A stretch of DNA of 64,000 nucleotides from assembly GCA_050273025.1 (NCBI GenBank), contig CP158636.1:3658001-3722000 (forward strand). Reading direction: 5' to 3'. Origin of the DNA: Cenococcum geophilum (taxonomy: Eukaryota). Position numbers and translations under genes: made by a program. The notes beneath the pieces were generated by a model. The model saw only the letters and a program-made list of their open reading frames with translations. It was not told the origin of the DNA and did no database searches. This document shows positions 12,595-25,900 of the stretch, one piece after another. How positions within the stretch are numbered: the first letter of the stretch is position 1; the number at the start of each line of letters is the position of its first letter.

Positions 12595-13951
12595 AACTCA
12601 CCTAATGAGCAATGGTATATTTACCTGTAGGGATTCGTATGGAGTGGTGAACAGAGCAGTCGAGAAGGAACAAGGAGTTGAAGTGGATTATTCCTCTTCC
12701 CAAAACTTCGAAACGACGTTATGACGTTACGGCCTGTTCAAAAATTTAAGAGTTCTCATGTCATTACTACATGCTTACTTATTTCGCACGGAAAGTGTTA
12801 TCCTAGTCTACTATTTACTTCTTATACCTCTTTGTTGACGCGAAGACGGACTGGACTGGAACAGGGTTGGGTTTGGTCGGAGCAAAGACGGACTTTTATT
12901 CGATTCGATTCAATTCGACTTCTTTTTCGGCCTCGGTCCCACGGCCTCTTTCTTCAAAGTTTTCCTCTGTGCATTCCTTGTTTACAAAATTTCCCCATTC
13001 TCTCGTTTGTGGTTTCTACCTTCTTGCCTCATCCTAATCCGCCATCACGTTTCTTCTCCTTTTGGGAATGCAAAGGATGGGAATGGGATGATACCACGGT
13101 GTGTGTACGGCGATCTAACGTGCTCGTTTTCGGAGTCTTGTCTGTACAGTTGATTCGGCTTGATATCGTGGTCTCGTCGCTTAGCGTTCGTCCACCTGTG
13201 GGCATGATGGTGATGTAGGAGTAGTGCTAGCATAATAGATGCAAAACATCTCTCAATGCTCAGTGCCTATCCCGTCTGAGCTTAGTAAAGGATCACGAAA
13301 GTAATCTCATGACGCTAAAGAAAGTGAGCTTGCGAAGTCTCCAATGTCTAGCAGATGTCACATTCAACCCGCCGCTAAGGCTTTCACTAATTAACTGTGA
13401 TGTCACTCTTCTACCTCCTCGAATGACTTCAAGTACTCTGGAAAGAAAAATAGAAAAGACGAAATTCCTCTGATTAGCTCTGAAGTACTTTAGACACTCA
13501 TTAGAAGCTGTAAGTCATGGCATGACAAAACTTAACCGAAAACACCTCGCGTGAACTGACTTATCAATGGAGCAAGGACGATGACAACTAATGGAATTTA
13601 AGGTTCAACATCCTTTTACATGAAAATGAATCCACCTAAGTCATTCTAGGCATAGTAAACACAAATTCGGAGCCATAAGCAACCCATTTTAGGCCAAACA
13701 CAACCACCTTCACGTCAATCGACTTGCCGCATTTCTTTTTGCACCCATGGAGGTTATTTCAGTCGCAGTTCACAGATTATGATCCCTGATAATGAAGCCC
13801 AATGTCATAGCACGACATAGCATAAGCACTTCAACAGGAATTGAAGTCCATCTGAATATAGATAACCCAATGCTCTAGTTAAAATGTCGCATGGTATCAT
13901 AAACGAAATCCTAGACCTCTACAACACCCACCAATTCGCCTGTATCCGCCT

Positions 13952-15472
13952 TCATCCACCCCCACCATCACCCCTCCCCAGCCCCCCAGATCTCCTCCGC
14001 ACAGCCGCGCCTCTCTTCTCCACACTACTCTTCGAGCTAGTCCCGAGCCCGGAGTCCGACGGAACAACGCCCATGCCCGCCGCATCGTCCAGCACAAAAT
14101 CCGCATCCTCGTCCTCATCGTCCGCATCGCCCGGCGTGCGCAGCGGGATATCCTCCAGCCCCCTACTCGGCTCGCCCTCCTCCTCTTTAACCCTCGGCGC
14201 CGAATACCGCAGCGGCGGCTGGCGCGAGAAAGTCGGGAAAGTGCGCGAGGTGTCGGAGAGAAACTCGAGGGTTGCGCCGTCGGAGTCTGGCTCCGTTTTG
14301 AAGGTGTGTGAGGAGTCTTCAGGCTCGCGTTTCGGGCGGGTGCGTTCAGGTGCGGTGGAAGAGGAAGAGAAGATGAAGGCGAAGAAGGCCCATGTTAAAA
14401 GGAGGAAGGTCATTTCGACGGACCAGAAAAGGGTGGTGAAGAAGGCGAAGGAGAGGATGCGGTGGTTGTACATAATATACCTTCACACATCCACTGTTAG
14501 CCACCTCCCAAGCCAATTGAAGAGCCCACAGCATCCAATTGCTATTGATCCCCCCTCCCATACACCAGGCTAGCACGAGCGGGGAACGGGCAGGGAATCG
14601 ACATACCGCAGCCCAGCAAACCTCGCCGTAAACACAATCTTGACCCCATACACCTGCAGCACGCTCGCGCTCGCAACCTCCAGCCGCAAACTCGCCGGCA
14701 CGTTCCTCCACCCCTTCTGAAACTCCACCCCCTCCATCAACCCCACTTCCACCGTCTCCTCCTCCTGCCGCCACCCCACTATATACCACGGCAACCGCGC
14801 GACCCGGTGCGCCATCTCCACGATCGCCGACCGGTACGTCAGAATCGCGGGTCGCCGCGAGCGCGCCAGCACGGGGCCCAGCTCCCGGTCCCGGTCCCGC
14901 TGCCTCTCCAGCTCCGGACCCGTATCCGCACCCGCACCCACACCCGCATACGCCCCAGCCTCTGCCCCCGTGCCAGCGCCAGCGCCAGCGCCAGCGCCCC
15001 GCAGCTCCAGCTCCAGCATGAAGTTCCCCGCCGCCAGGTTCGCGGGTGAGCGCGGCATGCACAGCAGCACCTTGACGTCGTAGCGCTGCTGCGTCGCCAG
15101 CGCGCCGCGCGGCAGCCGCGCAACGCCGTAGGGGTGGCGGTGCAGGAGGCCTGGCGCGGCGAACTGCAGGTGGACGGCGCGCTCGAGGCCGCGGGCGGGG
15201 ATGTAGGCGTGGTAGAAGGCTGTGTAGGCGACGGTGGCGGTGGCGGCGAGGGCGAGGGAGGCGAGCAGGAGGAGGAGGGTGCGGAGGTAGGCGCGGCGGG
15301 CGGGGAGGGAGAGGAAGGGGTGGAGCGGGCGGAGGAGCGTGGTCTGGGGGGTTGTTAGTGGGTTGGGGTAGAGGTTGGGGAGTGGGGGTTGGGGAGGGAG
15401 GGAAAGGGGAGGTACTTTGATAGTGGTTAGGAGGCGTTTGGAGCCCGTGGCTTCGTCTTCGGAGTCGTTCAT
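13952..15472 (-). CDS. FLD1: Seipin (lipid-droplet biogenesis; 464 aa; intron 14481-14606)
   Basis: N-terminal TM helix; motifs YIPARGLERAVHLQF, QRYDVKVLLCMPRSPANLAAGNFMLEL, SRRPAILTYRS and FTARFAGLR|YIMYNHR; second TM helix follows. Confidence 0.9.
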
Positions 15473-16034
15473 TGCGGTGAGGGTCCCTGGGGAGAGTGGT
15501 GGTGTTGATGCTTGGAGTTTGCTTTCACATGTTTTTTTGAGAGGAAAGTCGGGTTGGGATGTGACGTCGGCTTGAGCTTGGGCCAGGGAGCGAAACCCAT
15601 GCCAAGATATGCGTAGGGGCCCGGGTCACCTTTTCCTAAAGCTCTCGTCTTGACCTTTAAATATTTTACTAAGGCCTGGAGGAGCTTAAGACTTCATAAA
15701 AGCTTTAACGCACTCGAAGCCCTTTAGCATGGTAAACATTGATTGGACGTTACGATCATTTAAAAGAACACTTCGCCCTGATACGGTTCCAGTTATTAAT
15801 ATGAATTACGAGGTTATAAGTAATAAGCCAATCAATTAACCCAAAGCTTTAATTTAGAGCTTTATTATATAGACTTTAATTAATATATATAGAGATAAGG
15901 TTTTCCAGGGGGAGACCCCCTGGGACCCCCCTATATAGAGCTTTTACTTAATTTAGAAGTAGTAGTAAGGTTAAGGCGCCTTGCGTTCCCAATTATTGTT
16001 ATATAACGCAATTTTTAGGTGACGAAAACCGCTG

Positions 16035-16770
16035 TTAACGTTACTCGACTAATACCTACCGGAGGTTCCTCCGTCCTTCCTATCTCCTCTCTTACCCGTC
16101 TACTCATCTAATGCTATCCATATCGCCATATCGACCAATAGATCCCTTAGTGGAGACTAGGGAGGGATATTAAAGCGCCTCTAGCTCTTATAAGGAAGAA
16201 GAAAGAAGAAAAGAGGAAGGTATAGAGGAGGGAGTATTTATAGACGGGAGGAGGCCTATAAACGGGAGATTAGGCAGCCATAATATAGACATTAACATTA
16301 CTCAACTAACACCTACCGGACGCCCCTCCGTCCTTCCTAACTCCTCTCTCACCCGTCTTCTTATTAGATACTATCCATATTGCCATATTAACCAATAGAT
16401 CCCTTAGTAGGGACTAGGGAGGGGTATTAGAGCACCTCTAGCTCTTATAAGGAAGAAGAAAGAAGAGAAAAGAAAGGTATAGAAGAGGGAGTATTTATAG
16501 ATAGGAGGAGGCCTATAAACGGGAGATTAGGCAGCTATAATATAGATATTAACGTTGCTTAACTAACACCTACCGGACGCCCCTCCGTCCTTCCTATCTC
16601 CTCTCTTACCCGTCTCCTCATTAGATGCTATCTATATCGCTACATTAACTAATAGATCCCTTAGTAGGGACTAAGGAGGGGTATTAGAGCACCTCTAGCT
16701 CTTATAAGGAAGAAGAAAAGAAGAAAGGAAGGTATAGAGAAGGGAGTATTTATAGACGGGAGGAGGCCCT
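16035..16770. repeat. Three tandem copies of a ~257-bp unit
   Basis: Unit starts TTAAC(G/A)TT... recur at about 16035, 16292 and 16549. Copies differ mostly by transitions. The minus strand has TATAAATA followed by a CT-rich tract. Confidence 0.85.
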
Positions 16771-17005
16771 ATAAGTATATAATTTGGTAAGTACTAATAA
16801 GCATAAGATTCTTGTATAAGATGGGCTTAATTACTTACTAAAATACGGGGTATCTCTGTCACTGCAGTGGCTACTACAGTGGTAGAGACGCCTTAAATAT
16901 TTAATATAACCGACTACTAAGGCTGTTAATAAGTAAAAGGTAGGCTACCTATATAGTGCGAACGATATAGTTATTAATATCGTTTATAGCCTGTTTTTGC
17001 TTCTA

Positions 17006-19399
17006 CACCACCTCGTCAATTCCGGTTGTTAGCGCCTTACTAGTGACGCCTCTCGGGCGGAAATCCTCATATAGATTAGTATGAGTTTCCCCGTCTTGGC
17101 AGTGAGCTTTAAAAGACCTTAATATTAAAAATTTATGAAGTTTTTTAAAACCAATGATTATATAGTAGATTGCCTATATATGAATATTTCTAAAGTCACA
17201 GTAGCTAAATAAGTGTTAAAATCAACGCTTAGCAATTAAACGAGTGTTTAAATATTTCCTCTAGGCTCCTGATCCCTCTAAGCCCCTAATCGTCCTCTAA
17301 GATCCTAATTGTCCTCTAAGCTTTCTACTGTCCTCTACCACTTAGTAGGTCCCCCTTCTGCTTTAATTACTGCCTAAAGGCGTGCAGGCATAGAAGCAAC
17401 TAGATCCTTAAAGTAGCAGGCCTTTAGATTCTCCCATTTAGATTTAATAGCTGCTTATATTATTTCTTTTGTCAACAGGCGAGGCTTCCACTTAGCTATT
17501 TAAGTCTTTATTACATTCCAAACGGCCTTAATTAGGTTAAGATCTGGGCTGTTTGCTGGCCACTAAAGTAACTTAATATCGTCTTCTTAGAACTTGGCGA
17601 TAGTAATACAAGCTCTATAATAGGGAGCTCCGTCTATTTGTATAATTATTAGGGTATTTCTAAATTCATAATTAGGGAAATATATACTATACTTAGCGTT
17701 ATAGAAGTCGTAAAATTCTTTAAGCTTTGGATATATATAATCCAGGAAGCCCTACGCCGTAATATTGCCCCATTCTTCCTTATTCTAAAATAGTAAAGGC
17801 CCTTTTTCTACACCGCAGAATATAGCCCATACCATTATATAAGGTATGTTAGTAAACTTAGGATAGAGGCAATTAGGATAAAATCGTTTATTAGGTCTTC
17901 TAATAACATAGAGCCGCTAGTGCCTACCATAATACATAGCTACCTTATCTATCCACATAACTCTCCACCAATCCTCTTTTTAGAAGTAACGGTAGGCCAA
18001 TATAAATGCTAACCGGGCGTAATGGTGAGCTATAGTAAGCTAAGGCTTTGTATAAGCAACGCAGCATTAAAAGCCCTCCTTTTTAAGATATTAGGCGACT
18101 ATAGAGTCGGAATAAGGGACTCCTATATAGAAGGAAAGCTCTAAATAGGTAAGGCGACGCGCCCAAGCATTTAACTCTAGGAAATTAACTAGTTAACGCC
18201 GAATTAGCGAGCCGTATATAAGAGTATTGCGATAGCCACTACGTGTTAGGGTCTGTGCTTTATTAATAATATAGTAGACAGTAGAATATGGTTGCTTAAC
18301 CAATGCAGCAATATAAGAGATAGGTTCTTAAAGGTAGTAATAGAGGCCTTTAATTATATATCTTAGGGAGTAAGGAACAAGCGCTTAAGCGTTACTTTCC
18401 TAAAGCTATTAGCGACGTTAAATACGTTCTACAGCTTGCTCCTCCCGTTCCTATTTCTTACGTCTCTCCCGTCTATTAAGACAAGCAATTACTTAGCAAA
18501 TGCGACGGTTTAGGGTAGTAGGTATTAGAGTAGAAGAACTAGATACAGTAGAGTAAGTAAAGGGAGTATTTGGCATAGTTATATTACTAGGTAAAGAAAG
18601 AGTAAATAAGCTAAAGAAGCTTCCAAAGCTAGGAAGGCGCAGTAGAGCTCCAGGAGGATTAGGTAAAGTAGGTTCTAGAGTTCCTTCTATACAGAAAGGA
18701 TCGTACCTAGGAGATGGCATAGTAGATACCTTTAAGGATAGAATCTAAAAGATTTTAGTCAGAACTTATTATAGGAATATATAAATTTAGTATAAAAAGT
18801 GGTAAGGATAGTATTAACTTATAACAGGCGCAGATAAACATCTTTATACTTAAATCTGTAGAGCCATTTAAAGTCCCTTATAATCGCGCTAAGACTTAAT
18901 ATTTACCCAAACTTAGAAACCTTATCTGTGACTACCGCCATTAATATCCGTCTTAATAGCGTAATTAATATATCTAAGGGCCTATTTCTAACTTCTGTAA
19001 AGTTACCTAGGACAAAAGCAAGCCATTTTTGAGCTGATTACCGCCGGAAAGGTCATTTGGACGTAAGAGCTGGCAATCATTATAATAGAGGCTTAAGGAA
19101 GGTCGTGATAAAGGCTAAGTTAAGAATTGTCACAAACAACGCGTTGGCGGCTTAGAAGAGGGGTAGGAAACTAGAAGACGTGTTAGACTTCCTAAGTTAG
19201 GTTCCTTATCGCGTAGAGTTTACCAATATACCTAATCACGATGCGGCTAGCAGAGGCGTCGAAAAGCTTCAAATTGACTATCAGGTGAGGTTGTTCGGCA
19301 GTCTCTTTCTGATATTCAGCTGCCAAGCCGGATAGACTGAATTCGTGTTAGTTAGTAGCTTAATTAAAAGCGCTAACAACCGGAATTAACGAGGTGGTG
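17006..19399 (-). mobile_element. Tc1/mariner DNA transposon (DD34E), full length, RIP-inactivated
   Basis: 30-bp TIRs CACCACCTCGTCAATTCCGGTTGTTAGCGC (17006-17035 / 19370-19399, 1 mismatch) flanked by TA. Minus-strand VMWIDK...QIDGAP...WPANSPDLNLIK, with 34 residues between D and the RIP-altered E. Confidence 0.92.
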
Positions 19400-19438
19400 T
19401 AGTATACGCGTAGATTATCCTTATATTTGGCGTAGAGC

Positions 19439-22400
19439 TAGTTATTAGAGGTCCGGGTTAGGCTTAGCATAACCTTAGGTTACGCACGAGCCCCCAAGGT
19501 CCTTAACATATCGTCCAAATATCGCACCCCCCCTAGGTAGTAGCCCCTACTTTTCAGACGCGTTTTTAAGGCCTAGGTTAGTACTGGGTTAGTATAAAGG
19601 GCCTCAGCGCGCCTTCGACCTCATCGTCGCCTTAACAATCCATTTTCCAACCCTCTACTGTTCTCGTGCCCGCGATGGCTTGCATAGGGCTTCTAATTTT
19701 ATATAGAAAGGCCTACCGCAATTCTAATTCTATAATATAGAGCTCTCTTCTTCTTCTCCTATAATATTTATGCGTTTAGTAGCTTTATTTACCCACGCCG
19801 CGCTTACGTGTCTCCCCCTTACCTCTTACGGATATAGAGTCTTTTAAGAATCTTCTTACCCTACGGTCCACTTTACGGCCAAAGGAAGCCCCCCTAGCCT
19901 CCCCCCCCTATAGCCTCCAGAGCGAATTTAAGGCCTAAATAGCGCGGCTACAGGATATTTATAAGGCCTAGCGCTTAAAGAATACTATAAGGGCGTATAA
20001 GCTAAAGTAGAAAGAGTGGGAAGACTGGTATGTAAGACTAAAAGGTAATATAGACGGCGCCTAGGTAACGGAAGATAAGCTTTACCTATTTCTAGAGTAG
20101 TAAGTTATTAACCGAGAATTACGGGCCGCTGGTTATTAAAAACGTAAGTTAAAATAAAAAGAGATATAGAAAGATAGCGAGCGGGTAAAGAAGAGGTAGA
20201 AGACGGCTAAGGCGGGAGGGCAGCTAGGGGGGAAGGTAGCTATAGGGGCAGCCGCAGCTATAGGGGAAGAAGCTATAAAGGATAAGGAAGGAGAGATATG
20301 GGACAAGGAGGCCCTAAACGCCCTTTTTAACGAGATAGTCCAATACTTAGTTATAAATAGCTACGTCTCCGCTATTACTAAGCTCTATATATAGCAATTG
20401 GAAGATAAAGCCTTATAGCCGCTACAGGGGGCGAAGCTCTTAGTAATACTAGATAGCGTCCACCGTAATAAAAACCAGATTTAACGCGTTAACTTTATTA
20501 ACTAAGGCCTATTTATAATTACTGGCGGCTATAATATTAAAGGGCTTAAAAGGGCGATTACTTAATACTAGGAGACGGGCTCTAAAATACCGGGTTTAGT
20601 TAAGTTTTACCTTTAAACTACAGCCGAGCATTTATTAGGTTTATATATTACTAGTCTATATAGCTATTATTTTCTAACCTATTCCTTTCCTTAGGCTATA
20701 CTACCGTTACCTAGGGTAAAAGTAGACGGGACGTTTAGCTTACTAACCTTATTCTTATTAAACTAAAGAATAAAGGGCCTAAACCAGACAAGCTAGCGCC
20801 GTATATAATTATATTAATAATATAGGGGAAGTAGAATTAGCACGGCAAGGTTAAGTATATGGGCTATATACGCAATACTAACCCTATTCTCTGCCCTCTC
20901 TCTATAATAGCCTTCTACTTCTTTAACTACTAGGGTAAGAACGGCGCTAAGAGCTTCCCATCCTTTTAGTAGCTAGAGGACTACTATAACCTATACGTCT
21001 TCCCTAGCAGCATTAAAGTACCGTAATAGCCGCTAAGCTATTATACGCAGTTTAAATGGAATAAGAAGATATTCTAGGGGGTAGGGATTTACTTAAAAGA
21101 AAAAACCTATAGCGCCCGTAAGCAGAGCGTCTAACACGCTAAGCTTAGCGGCGTTAAGGAGACCTAAATTAGATAGGCCGGATGCTAGAATATAGACGCA
21201 ATAACGGGAGCCTACCTTAGCTACCTACCCCGTGCGTTTATGCGGTTAATTGCCGGCTTCCTAAAGGAGGGAAAGGGCTACTTTCTTTCCTACGCGCGGG
21301 AGGTGCTAGAGGAGGCCCTTTGCTTAAAGATATGGCCTAAGACTAACGTTTAGCTAAAATATATGGAGACTTACTACCTAGACAGGGCCAATAATAAGGT
21401 TATATGGCTTGACCTTACAGGCTTAGGATTTCTATACCTCCTTTATGCGCTTAGGGTAATCCTATTATAGGACTTAGTAATCCTATATAAGTAGTTCCCG
21501 CTCCACCCCCTATAGAAGGACTCCCTCTTTAGCTGCGAGGAGTACTAGAGGTTCGCTACGTGGGTAGAAAGCTCGCTAGCTAACGTAGTTACGCCAAATA
21601 AACTAATAATGCGGAAATACTGGCCCGCCTATAAGGCCGTAGCTAAGCTAAAATACGAGGCCGCAATCTTAGAGATTAAGGGGGTTTAGTTACACGTATA
21701 TATGATCTTAAAACGCCTTAGCGAGATAGAAAGGTTATTAGCATTATTTGCACCTGCACCTATATAGATCTAGTAAGGAAAGATAGGCATTTAAATAGAG
21801 CCTATAGAGTTTATATATCCACTGTTTACTATAACGTCTACTATAACGTCTACTATATCCGCGCTACCTACTTAGCTATTTACTATATCCATACCGCCCG
21901 CTTAGCTATCTACTATATCTATACCCCCCGCTCCGCTATCTGCTATATCCGCACCCCCCGCTTAGCTATCTGCTATATCTACACCCCCCGCTTAGCTATC
22001 TACTATATCCGCGCCGCCCCTACTAGCGTAGGCGTAAGTAAATACTTAACTACCTTTCCTATTTATCCTTAATCTATAGGCACCGCCAAGAAAATATAAA
22101 ATGCTTTAGGGCGGCAATTTGGTATTCTAGCTCTAGGCTAAGTAGACTTTAGGGCTAATAGGTAGGCCGTTAATTAAAGCTCTTAATTATTACTAGGGGG
22201 CGCGCTAGTAGGTTAACGGCGAGGCTATATTCTATAGCCGTCGCCGTAAAATAATTAAGGATATAAGACGGCGCGTAGAAGACGGTATGGCAAGAGATAA
22301 GAGATAGGCTATTAACTAGCTAGAGCAGCTACGGGGCCAGCGTTCTTTAGATTAGCTTTATAAGAATATCTAACTACTAGCTCTTAAGGCGGGGGAGGGA

Positions 22401-22934
22401 GAAAAAGGCTCTGTATTAAACAGTATATATATATATATAATACTATCTCATTATAAAACTACTATAGTGACCAAGACGCCTCGATATAGGACTGCACTAT
22501 AGCAACCAAGACGTCTTAATATAGGACTACTATAGTAACCAAGACGCCTTAATATAAGACTATACTATAGTAACCAAGACGCCTTAATATAAGACTATAC
22601 TATAGTAACTAAGACGCCTTAATGCAGAACTATACTCTAGTAACCGAGACATCTTAATATAGGACTACATTATAGTAACTAAGACGCCTTAATATAGAAA
22701 TGGCACGCGTTTAAGTGTTTAAAATTTAGAGTAATATTACGCGACCATCCAGAAGTACCGATTTAACTTAAATTATATACCTTTTCGCCTAAAATCGCGT
22801 ATAAAGGTACTCGGGGGCGGTCGCTGCGCAACCTCGTATGGGGTTCGCGCTAATTATTAGTAGGGGTAGCCCTAACCTCGTATTAACCTAGGCTGTAACC
22901 AAGCTAAATGACCCCCCCTAATATGTAATAGTTA
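19439..22934 (+). mobile_element. Crypton (tyrosine-recombinase DNA transposon with GCR1_C domain), copy 1, RIP-inactivated
   Basis: Degraded ORF with VTEDKLYLFL and KTYSARK...AG-*N...TGAYLSYLPRAFMRLIAGF (YR catalytic H-x-x-R/W/Y region). C-terminal GCR1_C-like FYSRRRKII; intron at about 20639-20694. No TIR or LTR; 6-bp terminal direct repeat TAGTTA. Confidence 0.88.
22460..22700. repeat. ~35-bp tandem array (about 7 units) in the Crypton 3' non-coding region; second copy at about 25950-26190
   Basis: Repeated ...CTATAGTAACCAAGACGCCTTAATATAGGA..., with inferred pre-RIP consensus CTGCAGTGACCGAGACGCCTCGATGCAGGACTGCA. Confidence 0.85.
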
Positions 22935-25900
22935 TTAGAGGTCCGGGTTAGGCTTAGTATAACCTTAGGTTACGCACAAGCCCCTAAGGTCCTTAATATA
23001 TCGTCTAAATATCGCACCCCCCCTAGGTAGTGGCCCCTACTTTTTAGACGCGTTTTTGAGGCCTAGGTTAGTACTGGGTTAGTATAAAGGGCCTTAGCGC
23101 GCCTTTAACCTCATTGTCGCCTCGACAATCTATTTTCCAACCCTCTACTATTTTTATGCCCGCGATAGCTCGTATAGGGCTTCTAATTTTATATAGAAAG
23201 GCCTACCGTAATTCTAATTTTATAATATAGAGCTCTCTTCTTCTTCTTCTATGATATTTACGCGTTTAGTGGCTTTATTTACCCGCGCCGCGCTTACGCG
23301 TCTCCCCCTTACCTCTTGCGGATATGGAGTCTTTTAAGAATCTTCTTACCCTACGGTCCACTTTACGGCCAAAGGAAGCCCCCCTAGCTTCCCCCCCCTA
23401 TAGCCTCTAGAGCGAATTTAAGGCCTAGACGGCGCGGCTATAGGATATTTATAAGGCCTAGCGCTTAAAGAATACTATAAGGGCGTACGAGCTAAAGTAG
23501 AAAGAGTGGGAAGACTAGTACGTGAGACTAGAAGGTAATATGGACGGCGCCTGGGTAATAGAAGATAAGCTTTACCTATTTTTAAAGCAGTAAGTTATTA
23601 ACCGAGAATTACAGGCCGCTAGCTATTAAAAACGTAAGTCAAAATAGAAAGAGATATAGAAAGATAGCGAGCGGGCAAAAAAGAGGTAGAAGACGGCTAA
23701 GGCGGGAGGGTAACTAGGGGGGAAGGTAGCTGTAGGGGTAGCCGCAGCTGTAGGGGAAGAAGCTATAAAGGATAAGGAAGGAGAGATATGGGATAAGGAG
23801 GCCCTAGACGCCCTTTTTAACGAGATAATCCGATACTTAGTTATAAATAGCTACGTCTCCGCTATTACTAAGCTCTATATATAGCAATTAGAAGGTAAAG
23901 CCTTATAGCCGCTGTGGGGGGTAAAGCTCTTAGCGATACTAGATAGCGTCCGCCGTAATAAGGACCGGATTTAACGCGTTAACTTTATTAACTAAGGCCT
24001 ATTTATAATTACTAGCGGCTACGACATTAAAGGGCTTAAAAGGGCGATTACTTAGTACTGGGAGACGGGCTCTAAAATACTGGGTTTAGTTAAGTCTTAC
24101 CTTTAAACTGCGGCCGAGTATTTATTAGGTTTATATATTACTAGTCTATATAGCTACCGTTTTTTAACCTATTCCTTTTCTTAGGCCATACTATTATTAC
24201 CTAGGGTAAAAGTAGACGGGACGTTTAGCTTACTAACCTTATCCTTATTAAACTAGAGAATAAAGGGCCTAAACTAGACGAGCTAGCGCCGTATATAATT
24301 ATATTAATAATATAAGGGAAGCAGAATTAGCACAGCAAGGTTAAGTATATAGGCTATATACGCAATACTAACCCTATTTTCTACCCTCTCTCTATAATAG
24401 CCTTCTACTTTTTTAACTACTAGGGTAAGAATAGCGCTAAGAGCTTCCCATCCTTTTAGCAGCTAGAGGATTACTATAACCTATACGTCTTCCCTAGCAG
24501 TATTAAAGTACCGTAATAGCCGCTAAGCTATTATACGCAGTTTAAATAAAATAAGAAGATATTCTAGGGGGTAGGGATTTACTTAAAAGAAAAAACCTAT
24601 AGCGCCTGTAAGCAAAACGTCCGGCACGCCGAGCTTAGCGGCGTTAAGGAGACCTAAATTAGATAGGCTAGATGCTAGAATATAGACGTAATAACGGGAG
24701 CCTACCTTAGCTACCTACCCCGTGCGTTTATACGGTTAATCGCCGGCTTCCTAAAGAAGGGAAAGGGCTACTTTCTTCCCCGCGCGCGGGAGGTACTAGA
24801 GGAGGCCCTTTGCTTAAAGATATGGCCTAAGACTAATATTTAGCTAAAACGTATAAAGACCTACTACCTAGATAGGGCCGATAATAAGGTTATATAGCTT
24901 AACCTTATAGGCTTAGGATTTCTACGCCTCCTCCATACGCTTAGGGTAATCCTATTATAGGACTTAGTAATCCTATATAAGTAGTTCCCGCTCCACCCCT
25001 TATAAAAGGACTCCCTCTTTAGCTATGAGGAGTACTAGAGGTTTGCTATATAGGTAGAAAGCTCGCTAGCTAATATAGTTACGCTAAATAAACTAATAAT
25101 ACGGAAATACTAGCCCGCTTATAAGGCTGTAGCTAAGCTAAGATATAAGGCCGCAATCTTAGAGATTAAGGGGGTTTAGTTACACGTATATACGATCTTA
25201 AAACGCCTTAGCGAGATAGAAAGGTCATTAGTATTATTTATACCTATACCTATATAGATCTAGTAAGGAAAGATAGGCATCTAAATAGGGCCTATAGAGT
25301 CTATATATCCACCGTCTACTATAACGTCTACTATAACGTCTACTATATCCGCGCTACCTATTTAGCTATTTACTATATCCGCACCACCCGCTTAGCTATC
25401 TACTATATCCGCACCCCCCGCTTTACTATCTGCTATATCCGCACCCCCTGCTTAGCTATCTACTATATCTACACCCCCCGCTTAGCTATCTACTATATTT
25501 ACGCCGCCCCTACTAGCGTAGGCGTAAGCAGATACTTAACTACCTCTTCTATTTATCCTTAACCCGTAGGCGCCGCTAAGAAAATATAAAATGCTTTAGG
25601 GTAGCAATTTGGTATTCTAGCTTTAGGCTAAGTGGACTTTAGGGCTAGCGGGTAGGCCATTAATTAAAGCTCTTAATTATTGTTAGGGGGCGCGCTAGCG
25701 GGTTAACGGCGAGGCTATATTTTATAGCCATCGCTGTAGAATAATTAAGGATATAAGACGGCGCGTAGAAGACGGTATGGTAAGAGATAAAAGATAGGCT
25801 ATTAACTAGCTAGAGCAGCTACGGGGCCGGCGTTCTTTAAATTAGCTTTATAAGAATATCTAACTACTAGCTCTTAAGGCGGGGGAGGGAGGAAAAGGCT

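Noticed and set aside
13884..14573. 229-aa plus-strand ORF and other ORFs overlapping seipin and zf-PARP
   Set aside because: Antisense or alternative-frame shadows of GC-rich coding sequence.
22460..22700. CRISPR-like appearance of the ~35-bp periodic repeats
   Set aside because: No unique spacers, eukaryotic context and no cas genes; a simple tandem array inside the Crypton.
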